The position numbers were made by a program, and so were the translations under genes. Positions 20,228 through 29,858 of a stretch of DNA of 64,000 nt are shown here, one piece after another. The DNA lies in the NCBI GenBank assembly GCA_031378405.1, contig JANNEH010000124.1, positions 186 through 64,185 of the forward strand, in the 5' to 3' direction. Every line of letters begins with the position of its first letter. The first letter of the stretch is position 1. The stretch is from Synechococcales cyanobacterium OTE_75_metabat_409 (GTDB lineage Bacteria > Cyanobacteriota > Cyanobacteriia > Cyanobacteriales > Chamaesiphonaceae). Under the pieces are notes generated by a model, which searched no databases, was not told the DNA's origin, and saw only the letters and a list, made by a program, of their open reading frames with translations.

Positions 20228-21379
20228 ATGCTCGAACAAGTTGAAGCAGCCCTCCAGCGCCATGACCACCAAACAGCCAGTAGCATCTTAGCTAAACTGA
20301 CCGAGAAACAGCCTGACAGCAACCAAGTCAAGTTGTATAACGGCAAGCTGCAAGAGGCTACTGCTCAGTTCGAGAGTGCTGAAAAAATCTATCGCCAGCT
20401 TTTACAAGCCGATTTGGTCGATCCTAAAATCTGTCAGGCAGCTCGCCAGGGCATTGAACGCATCAAGGCTATCCAAGCGGCTCAAATCGAGACGGCACGC
20501 GCTGTAGCTCAGCAAGATTTGATCGCCATTAGTAATAGTAAGGATTTAGAAAACGACCAGACAGCAGGATTACTAATTTTAGAACCAGTAGCACCAGCAG
20601 CCAAAACAGCCATAGCTCTAAAATTTGCCCAAATCATGAAAATAGAAACCTACAATGCCCGACTGCTCATACCCAGTCGCAGTAGTCGTGTTTATCGGGT
20701 CGGCAAAATGGGCGAAATGAGCTTCTATGAACGCCAATTTCAAGCCGCAGGTATTCCAGCCTTTGCTCTATCGATCGATCGTCTAGATCAGCCAGAAGTC
20801 GTTCAAGTAAAATCTATTGATGCTTTTAGTCCCAAAGCTAAATTAACTGGAATAGATGGCCATGGCAACGAGTTTCGCCGCAGCTATGACTGGCCAGATG
20901 TCCAAGGGATAGTCAGCGGGCTATTGCCAATTTTTGAAGAGATTACCCAGACCAGTTCTTCGACTACCAAAACCAAAGTCCAGTACAAATCCCAAGTCTT
21001 GGACTACGTACAGGTGTGGGATCTGCATTTGCCTTGTAAGCAGGTAATTCTGCGCCTATGCAGCCAAAACTTTGTTTTTCAGCAAGCGGGCGAAAAAATC
21101 GACAAACTTAGCACCAGTCGCGAAAACTGGCAAAAATTACTCGATCGAGTCCAAGCGCAAATCGCCCAAGCCCCACACCAAGTTCCACATTGGAAAGAGT
21201 TTACTCCTTTTGCTGAAACTGCTTTAGGCTATCCAGATCTGCTAGAAAAAATACCGGCACACCTGCAATTGGTGCGCCGACAACCCAGTCTATGGGACTC
21301 AGCTTTTCAGCTCTATAGCGGTGCAATATTTTCACGCCACCAAATCAATAGAGCCAACAAAAACACAGAATTCAATTAA
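20228..21379 (+). CDS. hypothetical protein with TPR-like N-terminus
   Basis: Clean 383-aa ORF. I recognise no family. Confidence 0.55.
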   Translation: MLEQVEAALQRHDHQTASSILAKLTEKQPDSNQVKLYNGKLQEATAQFESAEKIYRQLLQADLVDPKICQAARQGIERIKAIQAAQIETARAVAQQDLIAISNSKDLENDQTAGLLILEPVAPAAKTAIALKFAQIMKIETYNARLLIPSRSSRVYRVGKMGEMSFYERQFQAAGIPAFALSIDRLDQPEVVQVKSIDAFSPKAKLTGIDGHGNEFRRSYDWPDVQGIVSGLLPIFEEITQTSSSTTKTKVQYKSQVLDYVQVWDLHLPCKQVILRLCSQNFVFQQAGEKIDKLSTSRENWQKLLDRVQAQIAQAPHQVPHWKEFTPFAETALGYPDLLEKIPAHLQLVRRQPSLWDSAFQLYSGAIFSRHQINRANKNTEFN

Positions 21380-21894
21380 GCTTTCTTTGCTTCTTCAATT
21401 TTTTGCTGAACTTGTTGGTTTCCTTGACTGCCTTTTTTAGTTTCCTTAACTTCTCTGGCCATGGTCATAAAACCTTTCATATTGGCACCAGGACGACGAC
21501 GATTACCGGCAACGGCTGGAATAACCAGGTAGTCAGTGGCAAAGTTAGTGATAGCCGGAGCAGATGGAGCGACAGTATCAGCTACTGCTGCGACAACTTC
21601 TGACGGAACTTTAGCTTTTGCATCCTCTTTCTTGTCTTTCTTGTCTTTTTTGATAGAAGTCTTAGCTGACTTGGCTTTTTTATCGGTTTGATTAGCTTGA
21701 TCAGTTGCAGCAGTAAATTCTGCGACTACGGGTGGTGCCACGCCAGCAATTTCCGCTGCTGGAGATACTTTTGCTGGGGCAGCTTCGGTTTTAGTTTTGG
21801 GCGCTTCTGCTTTGGGTGCATTAGCTATAGGAGGTGCAGACTCATCAACCTGCATATAGAAGCCGTCTTTTTTGCCGAACAGTTTTTTAAACAT
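21376..21894 (-). CDS. low-complexity Ala/Pro/Lys-rich hypothetical protein
   Basis: 172 aa with an MFKKLFGKKDGFYMQVDES N-terminus and a KKDKKDKKEDAK tract. It is convergent with the previous gene and overlaps it by 4 nt. Confidence 0.5.
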   Translation of the reverse strand: MFKKLFGKKDGFYMQVDESAPPIANAPKAEAPKTKTEAAPAKVSPAAEIAGVAPPVVAEFTAATDQANQTDKKAKSAKTSIKKDKKDKKEDAKAKVPSEVVAAVADTVAPSAPAITNFATDYLVIPAVAGNRRRPGANMKGFMTMAREVKETKKGSQGNQQVQQKIEEAKKA

Positions 21895-22066
21895 AAAACT
21901 TAATAATTAATGTAGTGATAGGCATCGTCTGCAACAGAATTATCTGCGGCGCTGGGAGTCGCTGGCAAGATATGGTTAAAAACCTTCACAAAAGTTTGTA
22001 TCTTGGTAAAACTACTGATGTCGATCAGCATGGTGATACCTATCGAGCTGTATATGTTGATGTGCC

Positions 22067-23533
22067 TTATTCTTTTTGACCACCCAAATTAAAATCTCCG
22101 ATGTGGGGTACATCTAAAACATTGGCATCAGCAGAATTTTCATGGAGCAAATGATGCGCCAACAGAAAGCCCACGATCGTCCAAGTTTGGTTCACCCGCG
22201 CCTGTTGACCCTGCCAAGCCCCGGTTGGCCCATCAAAATACTCTGCCCACTGCTGAGATGGCAATTGGTTCAACATCAAATTGTAAGAATGGTGCAGCAA
22301 CACCTCCGACTCTTGGACAACCAAAGAATCTTTTTGGGGATGACGGAGCACAGCTAAAGCCAAGAACCACAGCAAACAAGGCCAATGACCAGCATTGTGA
22401 TAGCACCAGGGAAGATTCTTGCGATCGAACCCAGTTTTTTTCCGCCAATCTACTTCTTCTAAAGGCGGATGACAAATTCGTAAAGGCATCTCTGCTACTA
22501 AATTCTGGCGATTATTCAAGACCAACTGAAACAGCGATAGCTGCTGTGGTGGCGCAATTAAATCAAATATCGAACCCAGGCAATTACCCAGAGTAAAAAA
22601 GCGAAAATCGGGGCGACCAGTGCGGATATTGCCAATTAGGTAACCGCCCTGATGGCCTAGCCAATGTTGCAACCAGTGTGGAATAGTTTCGGTTTGAATA
22701 TTGTATTCGTTTTCGATCGATTCTCCATATTGCTCAGTCGGTCGTCGCCGCAGAACTTGGACAGTCGTACTAGTCACCCAGTAATGCATCAACATATAGC
22801 GTCGCAACCGCACAATCCAAGCCAAACAAGTTTCTAGCCGCTCGGCTTGGTGCAGGTTAGCAATACTTCGCTCTTGGCGCTCTTTGAGATCAATCTGTAA
22901 TAGACCCGCAGCACTCAACAACGCTCCATAGAGCAGGCTTTGAATTTCTAAAGGCGCACCCCATACATCCATCGGTCGATCGATCATAAATGCCCCATCC
23001 GGCACATACAAGGTGGGGGCATCCCGAAAACCAGGATGGAGCACTAGTTCCAGGAAAGCATTCAAGCCATTTTGCACTGCTGCCGATCGAGCAAATTCGT
23101 AATCTCCGGTGCGTTTTACATAAGCCCAGGTGAGAATTGGCCACCATAGGGTGGCATCGATCGAGACTACCCGCCCGATCGCCCGTTGGCCATAGTCTGG
23201 AATGAGTTGCCCCTCATGTTCAGCAAAGCTGGTAGGAAAGATCCCCCTGGTCTGAAACTGGGTGCTTTGCAATTGTAAGCAAGTCAACAAAAAATTCTTG
23301 ACGGTGCTGTATTCACCAACTACCAACATATAGGCCATGGTGGGCACGTTGTCGCGAATAAAGATTTCGCTGTAGTTTAAGGTGGACTCAGATTTGCCGC
23401 TAGGAATCGCCGCTAAGCTACCCGCCCATTCACCGTTAATACTCACCATCGCTTGTTTAAAAAGCAAATCCCGCGCTACTTTCACCGCATCGGCTGCATC
23501 CATGTTATGCCTGACTGAATTTAGAATAGACAT
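22067..23533 (-). CDS. alkaline/neutral invertase (glycoside hydrolase family 100)
   Basis: NYSEIFIRDNVPTMAYMLVVGEYSTVKNFLLTCLQLQS and later blocks are typical of GH100 invertases. Confidence 0.85.
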   Translation of the reverse strand: MSILNSVRHNMDAADAVKVARDLLFKQAMVSINGEWAGSLAAIPSGKSESTLNYSEIFIRDNVPTMAYMLVVGEYSTVKNFLLTCLQLQSTQFQTRGIFPTSFAEHEGQLIPDYGQRAIGRVVSIDATLWWPILTWAYVKRTGDYEFARSAAVQNGLNAFLELVLHPGFRDAPTLYVPDGAFMIDRPMDVWGAPLEIQSLLYGALLSAAGLLQIDLKERQERSIANLHQAERLETCLAWIVRLRRYMLMHYWVTSTTVQVLRRRPTEQYGESIENEYNIQTETIPHWLQHWLGHQGGYLIGNIRTGRPDFRFFTLGNCLGSIFDLIAPPQQLSLFQLVLNNRQNLVAEMPLRICHPPLEEVDWRKKTGFDRKNLPWCYHNAGHWPCLLWFLALAVLRHPQKDSLVVQESEVLLHHSYNLMLNQLPSQQWAEYFDGPTGAWQGQQARVNQTWTIVGFLLAHHLLHENSADANVLDVPHIGDFNLGGQKE

Positions 23534-23595
23534 GACATCTTAATCGAAATTGGCTAATCGCAATGGGGGATTTTGAACTTTTGAATGAATAGAAA

Positions 23596-25014
23596 TTAAA
23601 CCTGCAATCTTGCCACCAAATCATAGAAAGGCTGCCAGTTATCTTCTTGAGCGATCGAGTCCCACACCTCTTCAATCAATGGACGCAAAGGGACAGTCGC
23701 CGGATTTGCTCGCTGCAAAGTTGTCCCCACCAGCGCAAGTTGCTCGGGAGTTAAAGACCCGATCGCCTGGTGATATAGCTGCTGCCAGAGATCTCTGATC
23801 GATTCTTTGCCTGCTGATTGTAACCAATCTACATCGCCTAAGATCAGATTAAAATCTTCCTGCCATTTACTTATCCAACGCTGGGTCACCAGCGTAAAAA
23901 ACTCATGATAGCCAATTTGGGTCTGATCTAATAACTCGATCGTGGCATTCAGCAACTTCAGACCCTGATCAGTGATTTCCCCGGTTAGACCCAGCTTTTG
24001 CCACATCAAATCTTGATAGCTTTGGGCATAGCGATCGGCAAAAGTCGCCAAAGCCTCATCCATATCGCCCTGGTTTAATACCGCCAGCAGGGGCTTTTGC
24101 AAAATTTCTAAGTTCATCTGACAAATTCCTGGCTGGTTGGCATAACTGTAGCGACCGCCATAGTCAAAATAAGCCGCTGTAAACTCGGGCTGATAGGTGG
24201 GCAAAAAAGCAAAGGGGCCATAGTCAAAGCTTTCGCCAGTAATCGACATATTGTCGGTGTTCAACACTGCATGACAAAAACCCGCCGCCATCCATTGGGC
24301 TACCAAATCTGCCACCCGATCGACTAACTCTTGGTAGAAACTCAGATATTTACTGTCCGCCCCATCTAGATGGGGATAGTAAACCGCAATCACATGATCC
24401 AACAACCGTCGGGTCAAATCTGGTCTCTTTAAGTAGTGCAGTCGATCGAAAGTACCAAACCGAATATGCGATCGGCTAAATCGCACCATCACCGCCGATC
24501 TAGTTGGTGATGGCTCATCGCCCCGCCAGAGATCCAGCCCAGTTTCTACCACACTTAAACAACGAGAAGTCTTGACTCCCATGCGTTGCAAAGACTCCGC
24601 CGCCAACACCTCCCGTATCGCGCCCTTGAGCGTCAGCATTCCATCTCCACCTCGGGAGTAAGGAGTACGGCCAGAACCCTTGGTACCAAAGTCGTACAGC
24701 TCCCGATCGATCCCTCGCACTTGGCCATACAGAAATCCCCGCCCGTCACCCAAGCCGGGATTATAAGTGCCAAACTGGTAGCCGTGGTAGCGCAAAGCCA
24801 GCAACGGCTGCGGATGACCAGCAAATTTGCCAAAGGCTTCTACAAAGTCTGCATCTTGCACATTGGCCGGGTCTAAACCCAACTGAGCTAAGATGTGATC
24901 ATTGCGCCAACGTAAGGTGTGCTGCGGAAAATCTGCCGCCGACACGTCATCGTAATAATCATTGCCCAAGTCGGCGAGGGCTGGTTCGTATTTAAGACTA
25001 AGAAGGGGGTTCAT
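23596..25014 (-). CDS. selO: protein adenylyltransferase SelO (YdiU)
   Basis: [18 protein letters not shown]...[21 protein letters not shown] motifs. Confidence 0.9.
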   Translation of the reverse strand: MNPLLSLKYEPALADLGNDYYDDVSAADFPQHTLRWRNDHILAQLGLDPANVQDADFVEAFGKFAGHPQPLLALRYHGYQFGTYNPGLGDGRGFLYGQVRGIDRELYDFGTKGSGRTPYSRGGDGMLTLKGAIREVLAAESLQRMGVKTSRCLSVVETGLDLWRGDEPSPTRSAVMVRFSRSHIRFGTFDRLHYLKRPDLTRRLLDHVIAVYYPHLDGADSKYLSFYQELVDRVADLVAQWMAAGFCHAVLNTDNMSITGESFDYGPFAFLPTYQPEFTAAYFDYGGRYSYANQPGICQMNLEILQKPLLAVLNQGDMDEALATFADRYAQSYQDLMWQKLGLTGEITDQGLKLLNATIELLDQTQIGYHEFFTLVTQRWISKWQEDFNLILGDVDWLQSAGKESIRDLWQQLYHQAIGSLTPEQLALVGTTLQRANPATVPLRPLIEEVWDSIAQEDNWQPFYDLVARLQV

Positions 25015-25020
25015 CTTGCT

Positions 25021-25284
25021 ATGACAGATTCACTAATGTTTCAAGAAGATGAGTATGTGGTGCTCACCACTGGCCAACCGGAAGAAATTGTCACTGCCGC
25101 CGAAATGTTGGTAAAACTCTCTGAGACTCTATTGAATCATGCAGATATCGACTTTCCGGCAGATGTCTTGGCCAAATTATCTACCGCCGCGCGCGCAGCC
25201 TACTTATTAGACAACTACTGTGAGCTAGATCTGGGTAAAGGTCAATATATACAGTGGTATGCAGTGCGACTAGAGAAAAATTAG
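25021..25284 (+). CDS. small conserved protein, CRR7-like (DUF3571, NDH-1 assembly) - tentative
   Basis: 87 aa ending ...[21 protein letters not shown]. The WYAVRLE end matches my recollection of CRR7. The start is trimmed to the ATG at 25021. Confidence 0.5.
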   Translation: MTDSLMFQEDEYVVLTTGQPEEIVTAAEMLVKLSETLLNHADIDFPADVLAKLSTAARAAYLLDNYCELDLGKGQYIQWYAVRLEKN

Positions 25285-25856
25285 CTGACTTCCAAGGTGG
25301 TAGCAGTGGGTACACCGACAATTAAAGCTAGGTCTAAATCCTCATCACTGGTGGGTTTAATGGTGGTATAAATACCTGGGCCAAAGAACTTGGTGATTTT
25401 TTCTTGCTTCTCATACCAAGTTTCTAGAGGAATCAACGGTGTGTAAAATTCCAGAATCAAGGCATATTTATCATCGATCAATTCTTCTCGCATTCCTCTG
25501 ATTACTGGCCGCTCATCGTCAGTGGGCGATAAACCCAATTTTTCTAAGGCCACATCTAAGTGAGCTTCTTGGCCATAGCGAAAACGAGTCACATCTTGGC
25601 GAATTTGCTTGAGAATGGCTGTCTGCTGTGCTTCACGGATGGCCATCATTTCTGGCTCTGGATCTGCCAATGGCACTGGGCGCAACTCTGCCGATTTGAG
25701 CGCTAAGCCACCCAAAAGCAACGGCACGCCATAGAAAAAGCCGATTAAGTTCAGTGTGGGGTTATCGACGGCATAGGCACCAAAGCCGATCAGAGTTAGC
25801 AGACCACCAATACTAATTAGGGTAGGTCCAAGGGGAATGCGGCGCAGCAGGGACAT
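25281..25856 (-). CDS. conserved membrane protein (two N-terminal TM helices plus a soluble domain)
   Basis: MSLLRRIPLGPTLISIGGLLTLIGFGAY...FFYGVPLLLGGLALK. The start is trimmed to the ATG at 25856. Confidence 0.6.
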   Translation of the reverse strand: MSLLRRIPLGPTLISIGGLLTLIGFGAYAVDNPTLNLIGFFYGVPLLLGGLALKSAELRPVPLADPEPEMMAIREAQQTAILKQIRQDVTRFRYGQEAHLDVALEKLGLSPTDDERPVIRGMREELIDDKYALILEFYTPLIPLETWYEKQEKITKFFGPGIYTTIKPTSDEDLDLALIVGVPTATTLEVS

Positions 25857-26263
25857 GGGATGAATGGATATTGTTACAAAACTTCTCATATTATCCCCTA
25901 ATTTTTAGCGGATAAGTCGATCCAGTATAAATACTCATCAAATACGTTGATATCCAGGGTGCTTTTTTAACAATTTTGATGCTGTATTAGATGCTATGCA
26001 AGAGCTTGAGATTTTAGTATCAAATACTTTAGTCACGAAATAAATTGTTCTATTTAGATAAATCATCAATTAAACATAAAATCTGGTAGGTAATTAAACT
26101 CATCGAAACTCTTCTCCATGTAACAAATCATTGCGAACATCTCATACTTGTTAGGGATCATCCTTTATATTGTAGAAACCAAGCAATCGATCCCCGCCGC
26201 AAGTAAGACAATAATCCGTCGAATCTTAACCGGTATTCATATAAACCACTGGAGATTAACATC

Positions 26264-26635
26264 ATGCAAGTAACTGAAAATTCCCTGAACAGAAAGAATT
26301 CCCTGGCTGTCACTAAGAGCTTTTTGGTATGGTGTTTTGCTCTAGCAGTTTGTCTGCTAGTTGTGGGCTTCCCGCTGGTAGCAGTAATGGCTACCGTCGG
26401 CGCACTGTTATCTGTGGCTCTTCACCCGATTTTACCGATGAGCGCAGTATTACTAGTGGCCGGTAGCATTTTGGGTTTAAATATTTTTGCCGTCATAACC
26501 ACTGCCGCGATGTTGACAGCTAAAGGCATCCATCCGGAGCAAGTAAGCTGGTTGGGTTGGTTGAACGGTAGCAGTGAAGTACTCCACACCACCACTTATG
26601 CGGCTTGTCCTTTGACTTGCGAAATTAAACAATAA
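26264..26635 (+). CDS. small hypothetical membrane protein
   Basis: 123 aa with three hydrophobic segments. It is followed by a terminator. Confidence 0.5.
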   Translation: MQVTENSLNRKNSLAVTKSFLVWCFALAVCLLVVGFPLVAVMATVGALLSVALHPILPMSAVLLVAGSILGLNIFAVITTAAMLTAKGIHPEQVSWLGWLNGSSEVLHTTTYAACPLTCEIKQ

Positions 26636-26664
26636 TCAACAGTTTTGGAATTCATGCTCTTGGG

Positions 26665-26692
26665 GCGCTCGTTTGATTGAGCGCTTTTTTAT
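26665..26692 (+). terminator. rho-independent terminator
   Basis: GCGCTC-gtttgatt-GAGCGC followed by TTTTTTATT. Confidence 0.7.
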
Positions 26693-26726
26693 TGCCCATC
26701 GCGAATAGAATAGCAAGGAAGAATTT

Positions 26727-27548
26727 ATGGCCAACCCTGTGATGAAATCCAACATGCTGCCCGCTTTGCAAGAGCTAATCGATGTCGTCGCCCGTCTGCG
26801 TGATCCGGAAAACGGTTGCCCCTGGGATTTGGAGCAGACCCCTGAAAGTTTGACCCCCTACATCATTGAAGAAGCCTACGAAACAGTTCATGCTATTCGA
26901 TCGCACCAGCCAGATTTGATTGTCGAAGAACTGGGTGATCTATTGCTGCAAGTAGTCCTGCAAGCCCAAATCGCCAGCGAAACCGGAAATTTCACCCTGG
27001 CTGAAGTTGCCAAAGGGATCAGTAACAAATTAATCCGTCGCCATCCTCATGTTTTTGGTGATACCCAAGTTAACAGTGTTGCTGAAGTTCGAGATAACTG
27101 GGATCAGATTAAAGCTGGCGAGAAAGGAGTCGATCGATCTCTACCCAGCCAGAAAATCAAAAAATACACCGAAACCATGCCACCCCTCACTGCCGCCGTC
27201 AAAGTTTCGGCAGCGGCCACTAAGTTTGGCTTCGAGTGGGAAAAAGTAGCAGATGTGTGGGATAAGTTCGCGGAAGAGCTGGATGAATTTAAAGAAGCAG
27301 TACAGACTGATGACGCAGAGCATCAAGAATCTGAACTGGGAGACTTATTATTTACAGTAGTGAACCTGGCTCGATGGTATAAGTTAGATCCTGAGCGGGG
27401 GTTGCAGGGCACTTTGAATCGGTTTGGTCAGCGCTTAGAGCAAATGGAAGCAGTGATCGATCGACCACTTACCGATTATTCTTTGGCTGAATTAGAAGTG
27501 CTATGGCAACAGGCCAAGCGCAAGCTGGCTAGATCAGCTAGTATATAG
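26727..27548 (+). CDS. mazG: nucleoside triphosphate pyrophosphohydrolase MazG
   Basis: Tandem MazG domains: CPWDLEQT...EEAYE...EELGDLLLQV and ELGDLLF. Confidence 0.9.
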   Translation: MANPVMKSNMLPALQELIDVVARLRDPENGCPWDLEQTPESLTPYIIEEAYETVHAIRSHQPDLIVEELGDLLLQVVLQAQIASETGNFTLAEVAKGISNKLIRRHPHVFGDTQVNSVAEVRDNWDQIKAGEKGVDRSLPSQKIKKYTETMPPLTAAVKVSAAATKFGFEWEKVADVWDKFAEELDEFKEAVQTDDAEHQESELGDLLFTVVNLARWYKLDPERGLQGTLNRFGQRLEQMEAVIDRPLTDYSLAELEVLWQQAKRKLARSASI

Positions 27549-27570
27549 ACACTAACAACCCATATGATCT

Positions 27571-28284
27571 ATGGTTTCCCAAATTCCCAAACCAGCAGTC
27601 ATCTACCCAGATAGCGATGGTCAGCCGATGTCAGATAATACCTTGCAGTTTAGCTGGATTGTCAAAATCAAAGAAAATCTAGAAATTCTGTTTGCAGATA
27701 ACCCAGATGTGTTTGTAGCCGGTGATTTACTGTGGTATCCGGTAGAGGGCAACAACAAGATTTGTCGTGCCCCCGATGCCATGGTGGCTTTTGGCCGACC
27801 CAAAGGATACCGAGGTTCTTATATGCAGTGGATTGAAGGCAACATTGCGCCCCAAGTCGTATTTGAGATCTTGTCGCCAGGGAATCGATTGGCTGAGATG
27901 GCCGCCAAGTTTGATTTCTACAATAAGTATGGGGTGGAAGAATACTATATCTATGATCCAGATCGGGTGGATTTTACTGGCTGGTTGAGACAAAATGGCA
28001 TTTTACAAGGAATTGGCAATATTGCTGGTTGGGTTAGCCCTCGACTTGATGTGAGATTTGAGCTGGGCGATGAGCTAGAAATTTATACTCCCGACAATGA
28101 TTTGTTTTTATCGGTTATGGAGATCAACCAGCAGAAAAAACAAGCTCAACTCGAAACCCAGCAAGCAAAATTAGAGACACAGCAAGCAAAGCTAGAAACC
28201 CAGCAAGAACGCGATCGAGCTGATGCCGCAGAACAACAAAATGAAGCACTGAGGGCAAAGTTGCGAGAATTGGGATTGTTATGA
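27571..28284 (+). CDS. Uma2 (DUF820) family PD-(D/E)xK endonuclease
   Basis: PDAMV...VFEILSPGN...K...YGVEEYYIYDP core, with a Gln-rich repeat tail. Confidence 0.85.
   Translation: MVSQIPKPAVIYPDSDGQPMSDNTLQFSWIVKIKENLEILFADNPDVFVAGDLLWYPVEGNNKICRAPDAMVAFGRPKGYRGSYMQWIEGNIAPQVVFEILSPGNRLAEMAAKFDFYNKYGVEEYYIYDPDRVDFTGWLRQNGILQGIGNIAGWVSPRLDVRFELGDELEIYTPDNDLFLSVMEINQQKKQAQLETQQAKLETQQAKLETQQERDRADAAEQQNEALRAKLRELGLL
28141..28203. repeat. 3 x 21-bp in-frame tandem repeat (QA[QK]LETQ) in the Uma2 tail
   Basis: caagctcaactcgaaacccag / caagcaaaattagagacacag / caagcaaagctagaaacccag. Confidence 0.8.
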
Positions 28285-28333
28285 ATTGATCAAGCAAGGC
28301 AGTGATTGATCGTAGCTACGGCTTGCAAACTTT

Positions 28334-28452
28334 TTACGTCCAATCCTCAATCTGCAAGTCGATAATTTGACCGAAATCAGAACTATTGCGAGCGCTATAC
28401 CAGCCCCTCCACGATCCATAACGCTAAGGTGATCTGTATCTAGAATATACAT
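28334..28452 (-). pseudogene. internally deleted vapC (PIN-domain toxin) remnant
   Basis: The ATG lies 1 nt after the antitoxin stop and gives MYILDTDHLSVMDRGGAG (PIN N-terminus). After a frame change, ...ARNSSDFGQIIDLQIEDWT* (PIN C-terminus) follows. About 100 codons are missing between the two pieces. Confidence 0.55.
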
Positions 28453-28456
28453 TTAT

Positions 28457-28666
28457 CTACTCGGTTAGCTGTGCAGAATTTGGGCGTAGCGATTCGCGAT
28501 ACTCACGACCTAACTGCATCGCTTCATCGTAATCTGGATTATCAGCAAAAGTCCCGGTTATCGCTTCCCACCACGGAACAGGTGCTGAACCATTTTCTGC
28601 TTTATTTTTAAGCTTGGCCACTTCAGCTTCTAAGTAAGCCAATCGCTCTTCTAATTGTTCAGGCAT
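28457..28666 (-). CDS. small antitoxin-like protein (partner of the degraded vapC)
   Basis: 69 aa with an N-terminal coiled coil (LEERLAYLEAEVAKLK). It sits directly upstream of the PIN remnant. Confidence 0.55.
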   Translation of the reverse strand: MPEQLEERLAYLEAEVAKLKNKAENGSAPVPWWEAITGTFADNPDYDEAMQLGREYRESLRPNSAQLTE

Positions 28667-28843
28667 TTTTTATTGTCCTCAAAGAATTGCTAAAACATAC
28701 ATTGTGGGCGTTGTGTACCCCTAACTAAATTATAATTCCGATACTATGAATTCTGATCAATTTTAGAACGTAGGTTGGCTATGACGAGATAGTATGCCAG
28801 AATGAGAGGGTAGACTTGAAACGTAGAATGGTAGCAATAAATA

Positions 28844-29206
28844 ATGCAAATTACTGTGGACGTTCCTGATGACATGATGAAGCAGTTGGAGCTTTTGCAA
28901 GATGAGCTGCCGCAGATTTTAGCGCTGGGATTGCAGCAGATACAAGCAAATCCTACTCAGGGTTTTTCTGGTTTAACTGAGGTATTGGAGTTTTTAGCAC
29001 AGTTGCCATCACCCCAAGAAACTTTGGCTTTGAGGTTATCAGATAAGTTGCAGGCGGAGATTGAGGAGCTGCTGCAGAAGAATAAGATGGAGGGTCTGAA
29101 CCATGGGGAACAGCGTCTTTGGCAACAGTATGAGTTTGTGGAGCATTTGGTAAGAATGGCTAAGGCTCGGGCTTTAGTAAAAATTAAGGAAGCCGCATCA
29201 GCATGA
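28844..29206 (+). CDS. hypothetical protein translationally coupled to the HNH endonuclease
   Basis: 120 aa. Its stop overlaps the HNH start (ATGA). Confidence 0.55.
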   Translation: MQITVDVPDDMMKQLELLQDELPQILALGLQQIQANPTQGFSGLTEVLEFLAQLPSPQETLALRLSDKLQAEIEELLQKNKMEGLNHGEQRLWQQYEFVEHLVRMAKARALVKIKEAASA

Positions 29207-29628
29207 GCAAAACCTATATTCCAGCTAGTTTGCGTCGGCTGGTGGTGGAAAGGGCACAGAATTGCTGTGAGTATTGTTTGATTCCTCAAGAAATTGTATT
29301 GGCGAAGCATCAGGTTGATCATGTAATTGCTGAAAAGCATGGCGGTGAAACGGTTGCAGAGAATTTGGCATTGTCGTGTACTTTGTGTAATCAAGCCAAG
29401 GGAAGCGACATTGCTTCGATCGATCCAGAAACAGTAGATATCGAGCGACTCTACCATCCACGTCTTCATAGATGGTCAGAGCATTTTCGGGTTTTGGAAG
29501 ATTCTGGGATAATTGAGCCTTTGACGGGGATTGGTCGATCGACAGTAAATTTATTGCAGATGAATCGGGTAGAGTATTTGGCTGCCCGATCGATTTTGTC
29601 TCAGGCTGGAATCTTAGGCGATTCCTAA
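29203..29628 (+). CDS. HNH endonuclease
   Basis: CCEYC...HQVDHVIAEKHGG...ENLALSCTLCNQAKG, the HNH zinc-finger pattern. Confidence 0.85.
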   Translation: MSKTYIPASLRRLVVERAQNCCEYCLIPQEIVLAKHQVDHVIAEKHGGETVAENLALSCTLCNQAKGSDIASIDPETVDIERLYHPRLHRWSEHFRVLEDSGIIEPLTGIGRSTVNLLQMNRVEYLAARSILSQAGILGDS

Positions 29629-29858
29629 CAGACTGTCAGTTGGTGGCATGGTTGCAAGGATTTAAGATTTGGTAATGGCATTCTGTACTGTTTTTGGCTG
29701 CTTGGTGGAACATCGATCGAATATGTGGGTCTTATTTGATTTAGAACCCGCTTGGTTGGTACTAAATAAAGAAATGTTACACTTCCACCATTTTTCTATG
29801 GGGCAAGCTTTATATTTAGTCGTGCTAGATTAATTTATTTCTAAGTTGCTTAATTTCT

